DNA from: Clostridia bacterium
GTDB taxonomy: Bacteria > Bacillota > Clostridia > UBA1212 > UBA1255
NCBI GenBank assembly: GCA_046952735.1
Contig: JBKUJR010000006.1
Location: 12,977-76,976, forward strand
Reading direction: 5' to 3'
Length of the DNA stretch: 64,000 nucleotides
The translations under genes and the position numbers were made by a program. Positions 62,552-64,000 of this stretch are shown piece by piece. The first letter of the stretch is position 1. Every line of letters starts with the position of its first letter. The notes beneath the pieces were generated by a model. The model was not told the DNA's origin. It ran no database searches and saw only the letters and a program-made list of their open reading frames with translations.

Positions 62552-63958
62552 AATATCCTCGTCGTCATCTGCGTCCTTTTCTGCTTTGTTTTCCTCTTCC
62601 TGGGGTTCGCTGTCTTGGTCGGTTTCAGCTTCAGGGCCGGCGTCCGGGGTATCTTCCGTGTCTTCTTCTGTATCTTCTGTGGTTTCGTCCGGTGCTTTTG
62701 GGGGAATCACATCTTCCAGATATTCCACATCGTTGTCTTCTGTTTCATAACTCCGGCTGATTCTGCGGCTCCGCACGATAATGATGATCACTGCTGCAAC
62801 GGCGGCGAGAAAGCACAGGCCTACGAGAATCAGCATCAAAGTTCTGTTGCTGATACCGTTTTTGGAGTTTGCGTCCGTTTTTGCAAGGGAGGCGGAAGGC
62901 GCCGGCGACTGCTGCACGGTAGGAGAAGGAGACACGGAAGGGGAGGTCTCGATTTTACCGCCGAACAGCGCGACGTCGATACAGCGCTGCAGTGTTCCTT
63001 CCTTTAAATCATATAAATAAAACGCAGGCGCCTCTGTTTTATTAAAGGCATATACCAATACGAAATCCGCGTATTTGCTATCGGGAATCGTATAAGCAGT
63101 TACGCTTTCGTAGGTCCCGATTTTTACAGCGGTTTCCTTGAACTCTGCCGGTAAGCCTTCGGAAGCCAGGAGAAACGTATAAGTATTTCCGCCCTGTACG
63201 AATGCCGTATAGGGCGTTAAAATATCCTTTTTCTCATTGTAGATATAAAATTTTCCATTTTCTCCCACAATATTCGTGGCATACAGCAGGATCACGCCAT
63301 GCGCATTTTTCAAAACGAATAGATCGTTATTTTTATAGCTGTATTTTATTTTTTCGAAGCCTTCCGGAATCTGGACGGCTTCCTCGGAAAAATTTTCTGC
63401 GATAAAACGCATTTCCCCGTTTTCTAAAAATTCGAGTGGCGTCGATGGCGTTGCGTTCGGATCGATCGTCGGGATAAATGGCGTAGGAGTGGGCGTAGGT
63501 TCCGGGGTGGGGGAAGGCGTGATGGGCGCGGGCGTCGGATAAAATCCCGTGACCGTCCGCTCGGCTACAGGCGTGCCCAAAGAGACCAAATCGATTGTGG
63601 AGCTCTCCAGCACCTGTGTGGAGAAGACGGCGGGAGCCTCTGCGTTCATTTTAAAATACAACTCGATTTTATGCGTTGTCTGGAACGATAATGGTACGAT
63701 GTTGATTTTTCCGCCTTCGTCATGGGCGTCGCTGCTTTTTGAGCGAACGAATGTGACTACAGAGCTGTCGTAATAGAGTACCGCCCGTACCATTGCTTCC
63801 GCATCTGCTTCATATCTTGCAACGACTTTGAATTCCGCTCCGACTTCGACATAGGCATCTACGTCTATAAATGCGCTCATGGATGCGGCTTTGGCCGGAA
63901 GTGCGCAGGGCAGAATCAGTCCAAATAGGATTATTAAGGATAATAACTTTCTTTTCAT
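62522..63958 (-). CDS. secreted/membrane-anchored protein with Pro/Thr-rich linker, C-terminal TM helix and acidic tail
   Basis: Signal peptide MKRKLLSLIILFGLILPCALPAKA. PTPEPTPTPTP linker. TM segment LMLILVGLCFLAAVAAVIIII. Acidic C-terminus. Confidence 0.5.
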   Translation of the reverse strand: MKRKLLSLIILFGLILPCALPAKAASMSAFIDVDAYVEVGAEFKVVARYEADAEAMVRAVLYYDSSVVTFVRSKSSDAHDEGGKINIVPLSFQTTHKIELYFKMNAEAPAVFSTQVLESSTIDLVSLGTPVAERTVTGFYPTPAPITPSPTPEPTPTPTPFIPTIDPNATPSTPLEFLENGEMRFIAENFSEEAVQIPEGFEKIKYSYKNNDLFVLKNAHGVILLYATNIVGENGKFYIYNEKKDILTPYTAFVQGGNTYTFLLASEGLPAEFKETAVKIGTYESVTAYTIPDSKYADFVLVYAFNKTEAPAFYLYDLKEGTLQRCIDVALFGGKIETSPSVSPSPTVQQSPAPSASLAKTDANSKNGISNRTLMLILVGLCFLAAVAAVIIIIVRSRRISRSYETEDNDVEYLEDVIPPKAPDETTEDTEEDTEDTPDAGPEAETDQDSEPQEEENKAEKDADDDEDILHLNNRFPH

Positions 63959-64000
63959 TTATTTGATTGCTCCTTGTCAGTGTTGTTTGATGGTACTGAT

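Overview
This window looks like a Firmicutes/Clostridia-type chromosome of about 50% GC. Conserved housekeeping blocks flank a roughly 26 kb accessory region that begins directly after a tRNA-Leu(CAA) gene at 11827-11911.

Left flank (1-11700): a TetR regulator with an ABC exporter, galactose mutarotase, a cupin protein, a WS/DGAT-like acyltransferase with an esterase, a two-component system whose OmpR-type response regulator is frameshifted, an Fe-alcohol dehydrogenase, and a GT4 glycosyltransferase.

Accessory region (about 11900-37700), in order:
- an IS1182-family transposase remnant and an AAA ATPase;
- an XRE/ImmA regulatory pair (ImmA frameshifted) with a Com-like zinc-ribbon gene;
- a translationally coupled two-gene operon (CYTH-domain protein plus a 374-aa unknown), flanked by two copies of a palindrome CCGGACAGTAGGTGTCCGG;
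- a 2072-aa RHS/YD-repeat polymorphic toxin with a glycine-zipper-rich C-terminal toxin domain and a downstream immunity gene;
- a duplicated orphan RHS-CT cassette, inactivated by a nonsense change and a 1-bp insertion, with its own intact immunity paralog;
- a third RHS fragment abutting a 5'-truncated group II intron remnant whose RT/maturase is frameshifted;
- most notably, an AT-rich, tightly coupled cas5-cas8-cas7-cas3 operon with type I-C-like gene order. cas3 sits 3' of cas7 rather than at the 5' end, and no cas1/cas2/cas4 genes or CRISPR array are detectable in the window.

Right flank (37737-63958): a LysR regulator; a MerR-linked redox/detox cluster (nitroreductase, two flavodoxins, tautomerase, CMD-cupin, AKR-ferredoxin); an unknown membrane-anchored coiled-coil protein; a second ABC exporter; an ECF-like sigma factor with a long C-terminal extension; a large membrane protein; a complete 9-gene pyrimidine biosynthesis operon (pyrC-carAB-pyrKDFEBI) with a consensus promoter and terminator; rubrerythrin; thiamine pyrophosphokinase; and an AroB-family protein.
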